From positions 13,082,001 through 13,146,000 of the forward strand of contig CM102286.1 in the NCBI GenBank assembly GCA_046563655.1: a stretch of 64,000 nt of DNA, written 5' to 3'. Within the stretch, counting starts at the first letter, position 1. Each line of letters begins with the position of its first letter. This document shows, piece by piece, positions 24,150 to 37,100 of this stretch. The position numbers and the translations under genes are program-made. Under the pieces are notes generated by a model that saw only the letters and a list, made by a program, of their open reading frames with translations, did not search any database and had not been told where the DNA came from. The DNA comes from Yuukianura sp. NJ FZ-2021. Lineage: Eukaryota.

Positions 24150-26299
24150 TTATTTAATTGGGTGCAGTTCAAATGCATATGGTTTGGCAAATCGAAAAAA
24201 ACTGACCATAGCTTGATTTTGAATGTCCAATTCAGTTAGTGGACCCAGTGAGGGGTCAAAGGTCAACTTAAAATTTTGTAAAATTGTAGCTATGTAAAGA
24301 AAGAAGGCGCTACGCGTAAAGGCTTGGCCTAAGCAGGTTCTTAATCCCACTGAAAAAGGCAATGATGGCGGGACAGAGTTCGCTTCCTCTCCCAAAAACC
24401 GTTCGGGCCGAAACCGTTCCGGATCACCCCACAGCTCAGGGTCGTGATTGGCTGCATACAAGTTTCCGATGAGAACGGTTCCGGTTGGAATCTCAAAACC
24501 GCGAAACACAACATCCGAAGTTGCTTGGTGGAAATTTGCAAATGGTGCACTGGATGACACGCGCAAAACTTCTTTCATGAACGCCTTAAAGTAGTCCATT
24601 CTGAACAAAAAAAATTGCATATGTTTGTATCGTAATAAACATGTGTGTTGATTAATTAAATTTATATTTACCTATTAAGGTCATCCAAATTAATTGGACG
24701 AGGGTTTCGTTTTCCCGTTATTTCTTGTATTTCGTCCCGAAGTTTTTGTTGTACATCGGGGCGAGCAGCCACGAAAGCGAATGCCCAGTTGAGAAAATTT
24801 GCAAAAACACCTACTCCAGTTGTGAACAGGTTCATCAAGGTGCCGATAAGGTTACCCTCTAAAAATTTAACACAAGGCATTTCTTTTTGTAAACTTGTGC
24901 TAAATTTACTCTAACTATGAAAATACTAACCTCCCACTTCATCACACAAACATGGGGGAAAATTGTCATTCTTTTGTTCCACTCTAAGAAGCCACGCTCT
25001 TATGAAATTGTTAGGGTTTCTGGAAGCGTCGAATGTCGTAGAATGGAATTGACCTTCGTCAATGTCAAAGCCAAGGTCACGTTTGACGTCATTGACTGCA
25101 TTTTCAAGAATTCTGTGGAGTACATCAACGGATTCTTTGGCGTCCTTATACCCAGTAAGTGTTGGGAAGTATTGTACAAGTTCTCTACTCATCCAAAACG
25201 CGTCTCCGATGGGTAAAAAAAATTTGCTACAATTGAAAGTAACTATATCATTTTAATTTACTTGAAAATGAATTATGTTTGCGTACTTTTGGAAATTCAG
25301 AACGTGTTTTTGAAAGATGACGCTAGATTCGAAGTCAAGGTTTTCACCGCTGAGGATATGCCACACATATTGCGTAATTGGAACCATGACAGCATCGCGC
25401 ATGCACACGAGTGAATCTCCATTTTGCATATTTTGTTTCAAGCGTTGGATCAAGCATGTAATGCCTTCCGTCATCAAGTCATTACTAGAGCGTGGTACAA
25501 ATCCTACTTCGGCCAACACTTTGATTGTTAAGTTTCGAATTATTTCCCAATTTTGGTACGAAGTTGAGCTAACCGTACCTAAAAATTAGTAAAACTAGTA
25601 AACTAGTTTTAAACTAGAAAACACACCGTATAATTGTTTCAAATTCACTATTACTATATTTAATTCAAACTATTTTTGAGGATATTTTTTTTAGTAAAAA
25701 AAATCTAACCTCGATTAAATCCTCCAGCAAAAACCTCGACGGGTATAAATTGTGGACGTGCAACAAAATTCACATTTTGAAACGCTTGTTTCAAGATTTC
25801 TGCGTCACTAAGAAGAACTACGCGGTAAGATCCAATTTTGAGCCCAACAATTTGGCCGTACTGAGCTCTCCATTTTAGTAGGGCTTTAAGCGGTGACCTT
25901 CTAAACTCAAGCCAGTTTCCAACAAACGGCAATTGAAACGGACCTTTGGTAAATGAACTTAAATTACAAAAAGGCTCAAAATTCAAGTCCGTCAAGTCCA
26001 TAACAGCAAACCGGAATTGTCATGAAACATTGTCTTAGCAGAAAAATTTCAAAATTTCCAGAAGATTTACAATTCTCCCTGTAAAACCCGACTTTCAATC
26101 TCCAGTAACCACCATCTCAGGAGTATACCACATTTTTTTTTAAAATAAAAATGAACGAATTTTGAGAAATACTTTTACCTGGTGGAAATTTTGAAACAAT
26201 GACAGTCTTTCGCTTATGGATCCAAAAACACAAACTGATGAAGATAACCGTCAAAAAAACCGACTCCGTTCCGAGACCAGGGATGAGTTTCGAATCCAT
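24150..26299 (-). CDS. Cytochrome P450, CYP2-clan-like (paralog A); exons 26299-26179, 25943-25710, 25578-25287, 25226-24931, 24858-24672, 24600-24150; ~526 aa
   Basis: N-terminal TM anchor, PPGPFQLPFVGN hinge, WEIIR (C-helix), EVLR (ExxR), PERFRPERF and PFSVGLRTCLG heme ligand. Six exons total 1581 nt with no frameshift or stop. Confidence 0.95.
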
Positions 26300-26819
26300 T
26301 TTATTTTTGAGTCACGCTGTTTGAAATTCACGGTTGGTTTCCTGTAATAGCTGCTTACATCAGAGATGAGATGAGCCTTTAGTGTGTCTCTTTTTAGAAG
26401 GCGGTTGTAAAAGTGGAAAAAAATTCAGTCGACTTAACATAGAAATCCTCAATTATTATATATTAGTATATTACATATAAACCTAATGGAGGAAGTGTTT
26501 TTTAAAAACTAAGTTTTTCATAAGCGTCATAATGGAAGCGAAAAAAAGGACAAAAAAAATTCCGCCTTGTAAAAAGAGACAATTTATAGCCTATAATATA
26601 ATCTTCAATCGATTGGTTAGTTGAATCTATATTTAGTTAAATTTCAAAATGAAAGTATAGGAAATTGGCAGGGATTGAATTCTGTATTGTAAGGTACCAC
26701 ACTTATTCGTCCTCTGATTGTGCGGCGCAAAAAGAAATATAACCCAGAAATGCTACGAAGGAAACCGATGACGATGCAAGTTACCCTAAGGCGCTGCCTG
26801 ACAAACCTTTTGTCTTGTG

Positions 26820-27275
26820 ATGCTACTTTAATAAAATGTAGCAAAAAGAAGCTCAGTTGGAGGCTTTATAATTGATTACCTTCACAATTCCAACTAATGA
26901 GCAGTTATCGGTCGAAATAAGCAAAGTAAGTGTGTGTGAAAATCAATGTTCAGGATTCAACAAAAAAAATTACACCGGCCTTAAAATCCTTGAAATTTAG
27001 TTCATTCGTGTATAGAAACTTCGTCATGGAATATTCTGAAATACACTACGTTCACTATCGTTCAGTTTTAATTCTAAAATTGATGGTCACTCTAAACTAT
27101 TTAACCAAATTAGAACTATTATATAATATCTGAAGAAACTTAATAATTTTAGGTGTACTTTATTTTTTAAGCGCAGTGGTACGCCTTAAAATCTTCATCT
27201 TATTTTCGATCGACGCGTTCAGAGTTATCTTCAGATTCTAATTTTGAAGAAATAGTAATACACTACTTTCACGTT
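26820..27275. repeat. Non-coding segment upstream of CYP A, homologous to 29670-30235 upstream of CYP B (part of a ~3.1 kb tandem duplication)
   Basis: Blocks shared in the same order, e.g. GGTCACTCTAAACTA, TGAAGAAACTTAA, TTTCGATCGACGCGTT, CTTCAGATTCTAA and TTGAAGAAATAGTA. Confidence 0.85.
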
Positions 27276-27329
27276 TTAATTTAAACGCAGTCGATCTTGC
27301 TTCTCCAAAGAGATAATGATCCTTATTTT

Positions 27330-29389
27330 TTATTCAATAGTTTTCAGTTCAAATACATATGGTTTGGCAATTCGAAACACACTTACGAGAGCTTGATTTT
27401 GAATGTCCAGTTCAGTTAGTGGACCCAGTGAGGGGTCAAAGGTCAACTTAAAATTTTGTAAAATTGTAGCTATGTAAAGAAAGAAGGCGCTACGTGTATA
27501 GGCTTGGCCTAAACAAGTTCTTAATCCCACTGAAAAAGGCAATGATGGCGGGACAGAGTTCGCTTCCTCTCCCAAAAACCGTTCGGGCCGAAACCGTTCC
27601 GGATCACCCCACAGCTCAGGGTCGTGATTGGCTGCATACAAGTTTCCGATGAGGACGGTTCCGGTTGGAATCTCAAAACCGCGAAACACAACATCCGAAG
27701 TTGCTTGGTGGAAATTTGCAAATGGTGCACTGGATGACACGCGCAAAACTTCTTTCATGAACGCCTTAAAGTAGGGCATTCTATACAAACAAAATTATTA
27801 AGCAGAATTTTGCAAATGTATTAATTGTAATAAAAATTTATGTTTACCTATTAAAGTCACCCAAATTGATGGGACGAGAGTCTCGGTTTCCCGTTACTTC
27901 TTGAATTTCGTCACGAAGTTTATTCTGCACATCTTGGCGGGCAGCCATGAAAGCCAATGCCCAGTTGAGCGTATTTGCAAAAACACTTACTCCAGTTGTA
28001 AAAACGTTCATCATGGTCCCGATAAGGTTACCCTCTATTTAAAAAAAAACGGATTTTTTTTTGAAAATTTCGAAAATTTCCTTAAAAACGAAATATTATA
28101 AAAATGCTAACCTCCTTCCTCATCACACAAACATGGGAGAAGATTGACTTTTTTTTGTCGAACTCTAAGAAGCCACGCCCTTATGAAATTTTTTGGGTTT
28201 CTGTAAGTTTCGATTGTCGTAGCCAGTAAGTGACCTTCCTCAAGGTCAAGGTCACGTTTGATGTCATTCACAGCATTTTGAAGAATTTTGTGGAGCACAT
28301 CAGCGGCTTCTTGGGCGTCCGTATACCCAGTAAGTGTTGGGAAGTACTGGACAAGTTCTCTACTCATCCAAAACGGACTTCCGATGTGTAGATAAAATTT
28401 GCTACAATTGAAATGACTATATAATTTTAATTTATATTAAATGACATTTTTTTTCGTACTTTTGGAAATCCAAAACTTGTTTTTGAAGTTTGATGCTAGA
28501 TTCAAGGTCAAGGTTTTCTCCGCTGAGGATATGCCACACATATTGTGTAATTGGAACCATGACGGCATCGCGCATGCACACGAGTGAATCTCCATTTTGC
28601 AAATTTCGTTTCAAGCGCTGGATCATGCCTACGGTTGTTTCCGTCATCAAGTCATTATCAGGACGTGGTGCGAATCCTACTTCGGCCAACACTTTGATTG
28701 TTAAGTTTCGAATTGCCTCCCAATTTTGGTATGTAGTTGAGGTAATAGTACCTATTTTTTAAAAACTGGTGAATTTTGCGGATATAATGTTAAATAAAAA
28801 GTTCTAACCTCGATTAAGTCCTCCAGCAAAAACCACGATGGGCATCAATTCTGGACGAGCAACAAAATTCACATTTCGAAACGCTTGTTTCAAGATTTCC
28901 ACGTCACTAAGAAGAACTGCGCGGTAAGATCCAATTTTGAGCCCAACAATTTGGCCATACTGGGCTTTCCATTTTAGTAGAGCTTTAAGCGGTGACCTTC
29001 TAAACTCTAGCCAGTTCCCAATAAATGGTAATTGAAACGGACCTTCGTTAAAAAAAGTCACAAACTTCAATTTTGCCAAGTCCATCCATAACAGAAAACC
29101 GGAAAATTTTCCTGTAATCTTAGCTGATCTTAGCAGAAAAAATAAATTTCCAAAATATTTACAAATAATCTCCCAGTAAAAACCGGGTTTTATTTTCCAG
29201 TAATCGCTTTCTCTGGATGAACCGCATTTTTTTCACAAACGTGAACGAAGTTTATGAAATATTTTTACCTGGTGGAAATTTTGAAACAATGCCACTCTTT
29301 CGCTTATGGATCCAAAAATATAAACAGATGAAGATAACCGTCAAAAGAATCGACTCCGTTCCGAAAGCAGAGATCAGTTTCGAATCCAT
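27330..29389 (-). CDS. Cytochrome P450, CYP2-clan-like (paralog B); exons 29389-29269, 29042-28809, 28751-28460, 28401-28112, 28034-27848, 27780-27330; ~524 aa
   Basis: Same motifs and identical intron positions as paralog A; 1575 nt open spliced frame. Confidence 0.95.
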
Positions 29390-31149
29390 TTTATTTCTGA
29401 ATGACGCTATTAAAAACTGTAGATGCGGTGTTTGACGTAATCGCTTTTTTACGTCAGTTGTCAACCTGTTCTGCTGCACCACAATCTTCACCCGACTAAT
29501 TAGATGAAAGTATTCAGGTGAATCTTAAAGGTAAAGTAAATGACGTTCACAGGAATTGACTGCACTAACTTATTCATTAGTATCCGTGACCATCACAGAA
29601 AGATCCAGAGTTGCTCTAATTAAAACTAATGTTTTAATTTAGCCCAAGGCGCTAATCAACAAACCAAAGTGATTCACTTTTATAAATACTTGGTGTAGCA
29701 AAAGCAAATTGCGTCAGAGGCTCATAATTACCCTCACTAGTTCCAAATGAGCAATTATCTTAAACAAATTAAAATTCTTTGGTCTAATTAATAAAAGTAG
29801 TCGTGTGTGAAAATGAATGCAAAAGAAACACAAGTTTTTCTCTGTTTTCCTTTCCATAACTTTTTTTTTATTGAAGTTTTCCAGTTTTTAACAGGAGTGA
29901 AATACGCAGTGAAGTTTTATTATTGTAACATAATATATATAGATTTATCTTCTAATTTTTACTTTTTAACTTCACATTAACTTTTTTTGTCGCAAAGTTT
30001 TTAGGCGTAACTCTTAACTTTATTTTTTCTCTTCAATTCTAAAATTGAGGGTCACTCTAAACTACGGAAGAAATATAATATATGTTTGAAGAAACTTAAA
30101 TACTTTTAGGTACACTTTATTCTTTTAACAGTAGCGGAGTCATGCGCCTTAAGATCTTCATTTTATTTCGATCGACGCGTTAAGAGTTAGCTTCAGATTC
30201 TAAAACGTTGAAGAAATAGTATACACAACTTTCACTTTTTGGTTCAACCCAAGTAGCACACAAAAACACACTTTTACTCCAACTTCAAAAAAAGTTTTAA
30301 GTTCCAGGTTCTCTTCTGCTTCGGTTTTTACAAAATCACGTTTCCATTTTGAATTGCAGAAACGAATGGAAGTTGGGGAGTTTGGGCTGAATTGGTGTAT
30401 TAATTGTCAATTGAAAAATTAGCACTCAATTGACTCCTGTGTGACGCCAAAAGTTCGGAAAGTGTTGGGATGGTGAAGCTAAATCAAAGTTAGCGTTGGA
30501 CTGGAACTGCAAAGCTCTTTTTATCCTCGTCTTGTTGAATTCGATTGAGGCTTCTTCAAAGGAATAAATTTGGAAGCAGAGTCACATGGGGGCATGGACT
30601 TGGCATTTGACAAGTTCTGGAGTGTGCTAATTGAGGAATAAAAGGATTGGAAAGGGGCGGAGTCAGCACGAAATGATGAGTCTTGTGTGGTTAGGTTAAT
30701 GTTAGGTTAAGTTATGACAGAAGACGTAGTAGCAGCTTCCAGTTAGATTAGAATAACTTTTGACTTTTGACAAGTTGAGAAGATGATTTGACTAAGGCAC
30801 TTTTCCTGTTTGTAGATCAAATGTCATTTTAGAAATTTCTGTTTGAACAGAACCTGCTACGTCTCATGTTTTCAGCGGACTGCTGTCCTTCCGTGTGCTT
30901 TTTCGGGGGTGAGAGGTTAGGCTAACAAAGGGGCCGCCAAGCCACATCAAACGCTTGTCCCTGTCACTGGCAGAACAAATAGAGTCACGGAGCGGGTAGT
31001 TTGAAATCCTGGATGTGAGGAGTTGGTAGAGGCGGGAATTTTGGCGTAGTATGACAACATGTCTCCCGCTTCCCTTGTTCTAACTCTGGGTTTAGGAGAT
31101 GTTGAATATGCAAATTTTTTTGAAGAAGAGCACCACAGAGTGGCTCGGT

Positions 31150-34100
31150 TTACACAGAAATCAATATTGGAAAAAGTAGAAGAGTGAGGACAAGCGAAAA
31201 CGGGGAGAAGGAAAACATTTTGGCTGAATTTTCATGCTGGACGGCCGCCGGAAGTTTTTCTATTGGAAAAATGAAAAATCACGAACGTTAGTTTTTGAAA
31301 AACGGATTTCGGTGGAAATATTTTGACAGCGGTAGAATGGAGGGGCAGTGAGGGGAATAATTGACCCATGTCAGAGTCCATTACCATTTAGCACATGAAC
31401 AATGACTGTGTTGGAAGCCTGGGCGGTCCTGCATGAGTAAGTTCCACTGTCACCCTGGCGTACGGACACAATGGACAAGAAGGAGCTGGCTTCTCCGTTG
31501 GTTTGATTCTTCCAAGGTCTAGCAACGGAGGAAAAAAGAGAAAGTTGAGACAAAGATCAGTTTTGGCTTAGAACTTTTGTTAGAAGGAAAGTAGGAACAT
31601 TAGGATTAGTGCTATGATGGCTCTCTCAGCCTTGTCTAGGCTATTAACCTCATTGCTACATTTAATGACAACAATTCGGAAAAAAGCTTTTAGGATGTTC
31701 TAATCCCAAAGCATTTGGAGAAAACAATAGTAAAAGTGTTGAGAACCTAGTAGTACCCTTGACGTAGTATCAATTGACTAAATGCGTAATGGCTCAAGTC
31801 CAACTTTTTGTTCAAAACAAAACAAACAACAACTTATTCCCGCAAAACAAAAATTTTAGTTCTTTCTATACATTTAGAAAAAATTGGACGAATTTGTGAA
31901 ACATTTAACTTCTGCCACCGCGTGACTAAAGTTTCTTTGACTTTACATAGCTGACTGGAAATTTGCGCCAAAAAAAGCGCGGGAAATCCTTCCAAAGCGA
32001 GGGAAAATTTAAACTGGCGGATTTGAAAAAAGTGAAAGTGGTACTTTACTTGACTTTGATTCTGGAATCTCCTCCAGGAAGACTGCGATCCCCTTTGAAC
32101 CAAGAGAGACTGTCTGCTGCCTTGTCAAGTTGAGAAGCTCTGCATGTGAGATGAAGGGCTGAGTCCACTTTGTAGTGTCTCTCTGTGATCACATGTTCAT
32201 TGTCATCTAGGATTTGTACAGCAGGAGCTACTCCAAAAAATACACAGAGAAAAAAGAGAGGGAAAATTCAAATGTTGAAGTCACTTGAGTCACTCCTTTC
32301 CTCGTTCTAAGTAGACTCGAGCACTTGAGTAGGAGCGACTAAGCCATAAGCTGAATAAAGAACTCAAAGAAAGCTCCAACTTTTCCTCAAAGGAGAAAGT
32401 CTCCTTGGTTTCCGCTACTTTGGAAAGGAAATTCAAATGACTCCCGCCTGATTCATTTGAAACGACTTTCTCCCGCGCTTTCTTTTTTGAATCCTAACCT
32501 ACAGAGTCAAAGGACAGTTCGTGTGCAGCGTCCAGGGAGACACACAGGATAGGACGTGGTTTACATAAGGATGGGCAGCACTTTAACGTTCAACCTAACT
32601 TTTACGGACCCTCATAATCACCAAATACGGCAGGCCCTTACTGCTCTCTGGTGGAAGTAATGAGTAAAACTGGCGGCCATTTTGAATTGGCACGTTAACG
32701 GACTCGCTGAAACCAAAAGTGGCGGGAAATGCAAATGAAGATGAGGGGGACAAAGTACTTGGAGCACCACAGTGAAATGGCACAACAAATGTTTTAAACT
32801 GCCAACCATTAGGATGAGCAGGGCTTTTAGGTGCAAAGGGAAGAGGAAATCAACATAATTTTAGAGTACTTTTTAGTACAGAGGAGACTCAGTGAATTTC
32901 AGTATAATTTTAGAATCCAAATGACTTCATTTCTAGAACATAATTTTTGAAAACGGTTCTCCAGAGTGTGACACTTACCAATTACTTTCAAGTGAAAAAC
33001 TAGAGCTTTTGTAGGATGTGTCGACAATTGGCACTCGTAAATCCCTTCATCTACTTTACTCACTTGGTTGATTCCTAGTCGCCAATTGTTTGGATACCTA
33101 AAGAAATAAAAAAACACCTTATTCAAAATTTTAGTAAAAATTTCAAAAACTCAAAAATTAATTGCTTTCCAACTACTAAAACTTTCACGTTTTATCAGCC
33201 GCAAATGTGACAAACTTTCACCAGCTTAAAAGACAAGATTTTTCGCCTCGTTTTTGGCTTTCTTTTTGTTTCTTTTTTTCATCGTGGTGAGAAAGTTTTG
33301 TTTTCAACAATTTTGAACTTTTTTTTTTGAAAAGCCCGCCAAAATTGAAGTTTTGCGCTAACTCACCTGAAGTACAGCCCGTGCCTGGAATCCGAACTGT
33401 AAGTAGCATTCCCCACGGTCAAAAGTTGAACCGAATCGGGTTTCTTCCGGAGCCAGGAAACCTGCAATGAAAAGAGAAAGCACCCGGCGTCAAACAGTAG
33501 AGAATTTACTAAAATTGACGTTGGCAGGTTTACGCTACGCACACAGCCTTCCAGAAATATCTTCCAGGAGGAATGTGCTTTTCTCAAAGGCTTCCTGGAG
33601 TCAACAAACTTTAAGTTCCATTTAATCTCTGGCTTGCCATAAACTGTAATTATAAAGACCATCACCAATAACGTTTGGCCAAGAATCTAGGCTAACCTAG
33701 CACAGTCTAAGAATCTTAGTCTTTTGTGTGTGTTAGACTGGAACCAGTTTTGAAAATGAGTAAGTGCCAGTTAGCAGAGTATTAGGAGCCCATTTTCATC
33801 GCTGTAGGATATTAGCAATTAAGTTCTAGAAAAACTTTGTGCTCAAAAATTGTCTCCTAAAGGGCTCCTTAGCACATCCCTTAAGAGTTCAAGGCCCCTT
33901 AGCCTCTGCCAAAACTTTTAGAAGCATAAAGACTCCTAGCCACGCCTGAGTCATTACCACTTTCTCTACCAAACATAACCTAACTATCTACCATAAGACT
34001 AAACCGTCTTCCACAAAAGACAAATGGCCTAGGTAAGTTTAAGGACTCATAAAATATTAAGTGCAGTTTTTGCTCGTCCTCGCGGGAACATCAATCTTGT

Positions 34101-37100
34101 GAACGTCAATCACAGGTTGATTCATTCATTTTCACTAAAAGTTGAACCAGCCCACAGGAACATCGTTCATTCCCGTGACATCTAAAAAGTACTAAATGAA
34201 ATTGCTTTGTTCTCAATTCTCTAAAAATGGTCTGTTTTTGTAGAAAATGTGCTAAAAAGAGACGTTGTGAGTGTCTGAAAATCTGTGAGAGTTTAAGTTC
34301 CATTCCAATTTGCATAAAAAAGGGAAAGCATAAGGCACTCGAGCAGAAGTCTCCGGTCTCTTCTGGAATGAAATATGAGGCGAGTGTCAGGCTCTGTCTT
34401 ATTTTAATTCTGGCGGGAGAAAAGAGAAAATATGTGGTTGAAGGGGTTAAAAGGAAATAAGGGCCCCCGTCTTCATTTTGGCAATTTGTCATCTTGACTT
34501 GAGTGACCTCGAAAGTGGAGATGACACATATGACAAGACGCCGTTCAATTTGAGTTCCGGTGCCAAAAAGTAGCAACGGTTAGGCTAACAAAATGGCTAA
34601 GTTAGCCTAACTTTGTACAAATTCTGACTAAACTGTAACTAGGCATCACTAAACTTTTTGTTAACAGCTTTTTTACTAAAAAGCATAACGTTACCTGTCA
34701 CGTTAGACAGATGATAACTGAAGGAAGGTGGCGGGAGAAAGCTGTTGTAAATCTTCACAAGTCTTTTAGGAATTATAGTCCTTTTAAACACCACAAAATC
34801 CTGCACATGTGGCTAACCTAATTCCAAATTTTGAAATTACCGCCTACTTTTTTCTTTTTGAAAAAAGCGGGGGAAAACGGAAACGGCAGAGATTAAGTCT
34901 GAGCTTTAGTCACTTTTTGTAAGGGAATGCTGGTTGTGGCAGCAAAAGAAAATCGGCTTTGCCAAATCTTTTATGGATGTCGTTGTCGTCTCTCTTTTTT
35001 TCCGTTTTTTCTGTAGCTTCTGCTTTCAGGTCTTAAAAAATTTCCAAAAAATTTTCTTCCACTGCGGTAAAAAATTTACCTTGCTTGGGAAACAAAAATT
35101 TGTGAAAGTCATTGTGCTTTATGTACTGGGGAGAAAGTACCGGGACATATAAGGATAACAATAGAGAATGACTGAACATAGTGAATTTTGGTGGAAAAGC
35201 TACAAAGGAAAAGTGGAACTGTAACAACTTGAGCTTCAATTCCAAATGGATTTTTAGTACTACTTTCTCTTTGGCTTCCGCGTGAGAAGAAAACTGTTTT
35301 GCATTTGCTTTTGAATGTGACACTTGAGGCGCGAAGGAAGAAGCATAAATATGAAAAGGACTATGATCATCATCATCATCCTACTTACGACACTTCAATC
35401 CAAAAAAAAACGTAAGCCAACGGAGATGCGCGTCATTTTGTACTTACTTTCACTTTTACTTGCACCATACGTGAATCAAGCTGAAGAACTTTCACTGGGG
35501 CGGAATTCTACCAAACTACTTTCACTTTGGCGCGAATGAAGCGCAAAACTTTCACATCGACGTGAAATAGTTTCTGTACGCGTTGAAAATGACGAGAAAT
35601 TCCCACTTTGTCTACTCCCTAACTCAATCTGGGAAAATCATCTTCCCCGCTGCGTGTAAGACTTTCACCGAATTCCGCCTCAACGTTAACCAAAACCGAG
35701 AGTGTTACCTTCGGACGCAGCTTCTGGAAGGACGTTTTCTTTTACTCCATTAGCCAAGTGAGTAAGTGAGGTTGGGGCGGGAGAGAAAGCATTATCATGC
35801 CCAAAGCAATTCTATTGACTTTCTCTCTTACTCATTTATTTTCTTTTCCGCTGCATTATCTACTAGGAGACGAGGACTGTCGTAAAGGCACTGGAGGTTG
35901 AATAACTATCTTGCTGAAAGCAGCTTCTAGGTAGGAGCTACTATATTTATTTCTCTCTTTTAACATTGCCAGAACATAAACTTGATCCATTTCAATTCCC
36001 TAGGATTGATTTTCTTTTTTCTCCTAAGGTTTTCAAGTGGACCCCTTGAAAGTGTTGGAAGGACTTAAGGGCCCTGTAAAATATTACCTTAGATTTAACA
36101 GTTTAACGGCTCAGGAGAAAGCAGTTAAAAATGAAGTGAGTTCGAAATTTTTTAAGTGTCTTTCCACAATACGATTGTCAATGAAAAACGTTTGTTTAAA
36201 AAATCGCCTGCTGCTCACCTAAAGTTTCTACACCTAAAGTGATTTCAGCAAAAAATTGCACAAAACTTTCAAAAAAAAATATGAAGAAAAATAGAACACA
36301 AAAAATTTATGAAAAGGTTACCCGTGTCCGATAATGGCCAGGTTTATAGGTTAAACTTTTTTAGTTATGGCAAAAAATTCTATTTGTGAGACAATTCATC
36401 ATCGTCGGTGAGAATCAGATTTTGGCGGGAATATTTTTGCTTTTATGATCCAGAAGCACATCGTCCATTTGCGGACTCTCGTCCACCGTCTACTCCCATT
36501 TCAAAGGCACATTAACTTCGAGCATCAACAAATCACTGTCTCGGAACAAGTTCTGGACCGTTCGGATATGACCCGGAAACGATCTCCTCAAATCATTTTT
36601 GACGCCTTTTGGTCAGCTTTCATGGACTTTGGACATGTCAGTTAGATTAGAAGTGAAAGATGATCTTCCTGCATTGTTTGAAATGACCTCACAACCTCAC
36701 AGGTCATCTCCTCCTGCTCCAGATTCAAAAACTCCCTCCACTTTACTCCCTCACTTCAAAACCACTCACACCGAAGAGTTCCATCCAAGTACTCAAAATG
36801 CAAATGACACCGTGCGATGCGATAATTTAGAATGTACTTGCCTGGAGTCCCTTCCAAAACCTAGAGAGAGCTCCAAACTTAATTTGAGCCTGATTTATTG
36901 ATTAGAAACTCAATTTTTTGGCTCTGCTCCATCGCAGTGCCATTGAGAACCAAGCGGGAGGTTTTCTCTTAATCTACGGATTTGTCCTTAATGACAAAGA
37001 AGATGTCTGAAGGGAGAACTCCTCCTACAATGCTGGTTGCTGAAACTGGCATTTCGCAATTTTGGAAATTTGAGACGCTTGGTGAAAGTTCATTTTCAAA

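Noticed and set aside
24150..29389. P450 pair as pseudogenes because of the missing catalytic Thr
   Set aside because: Both have complete open frames, canonical splice sites and all other core motifs.
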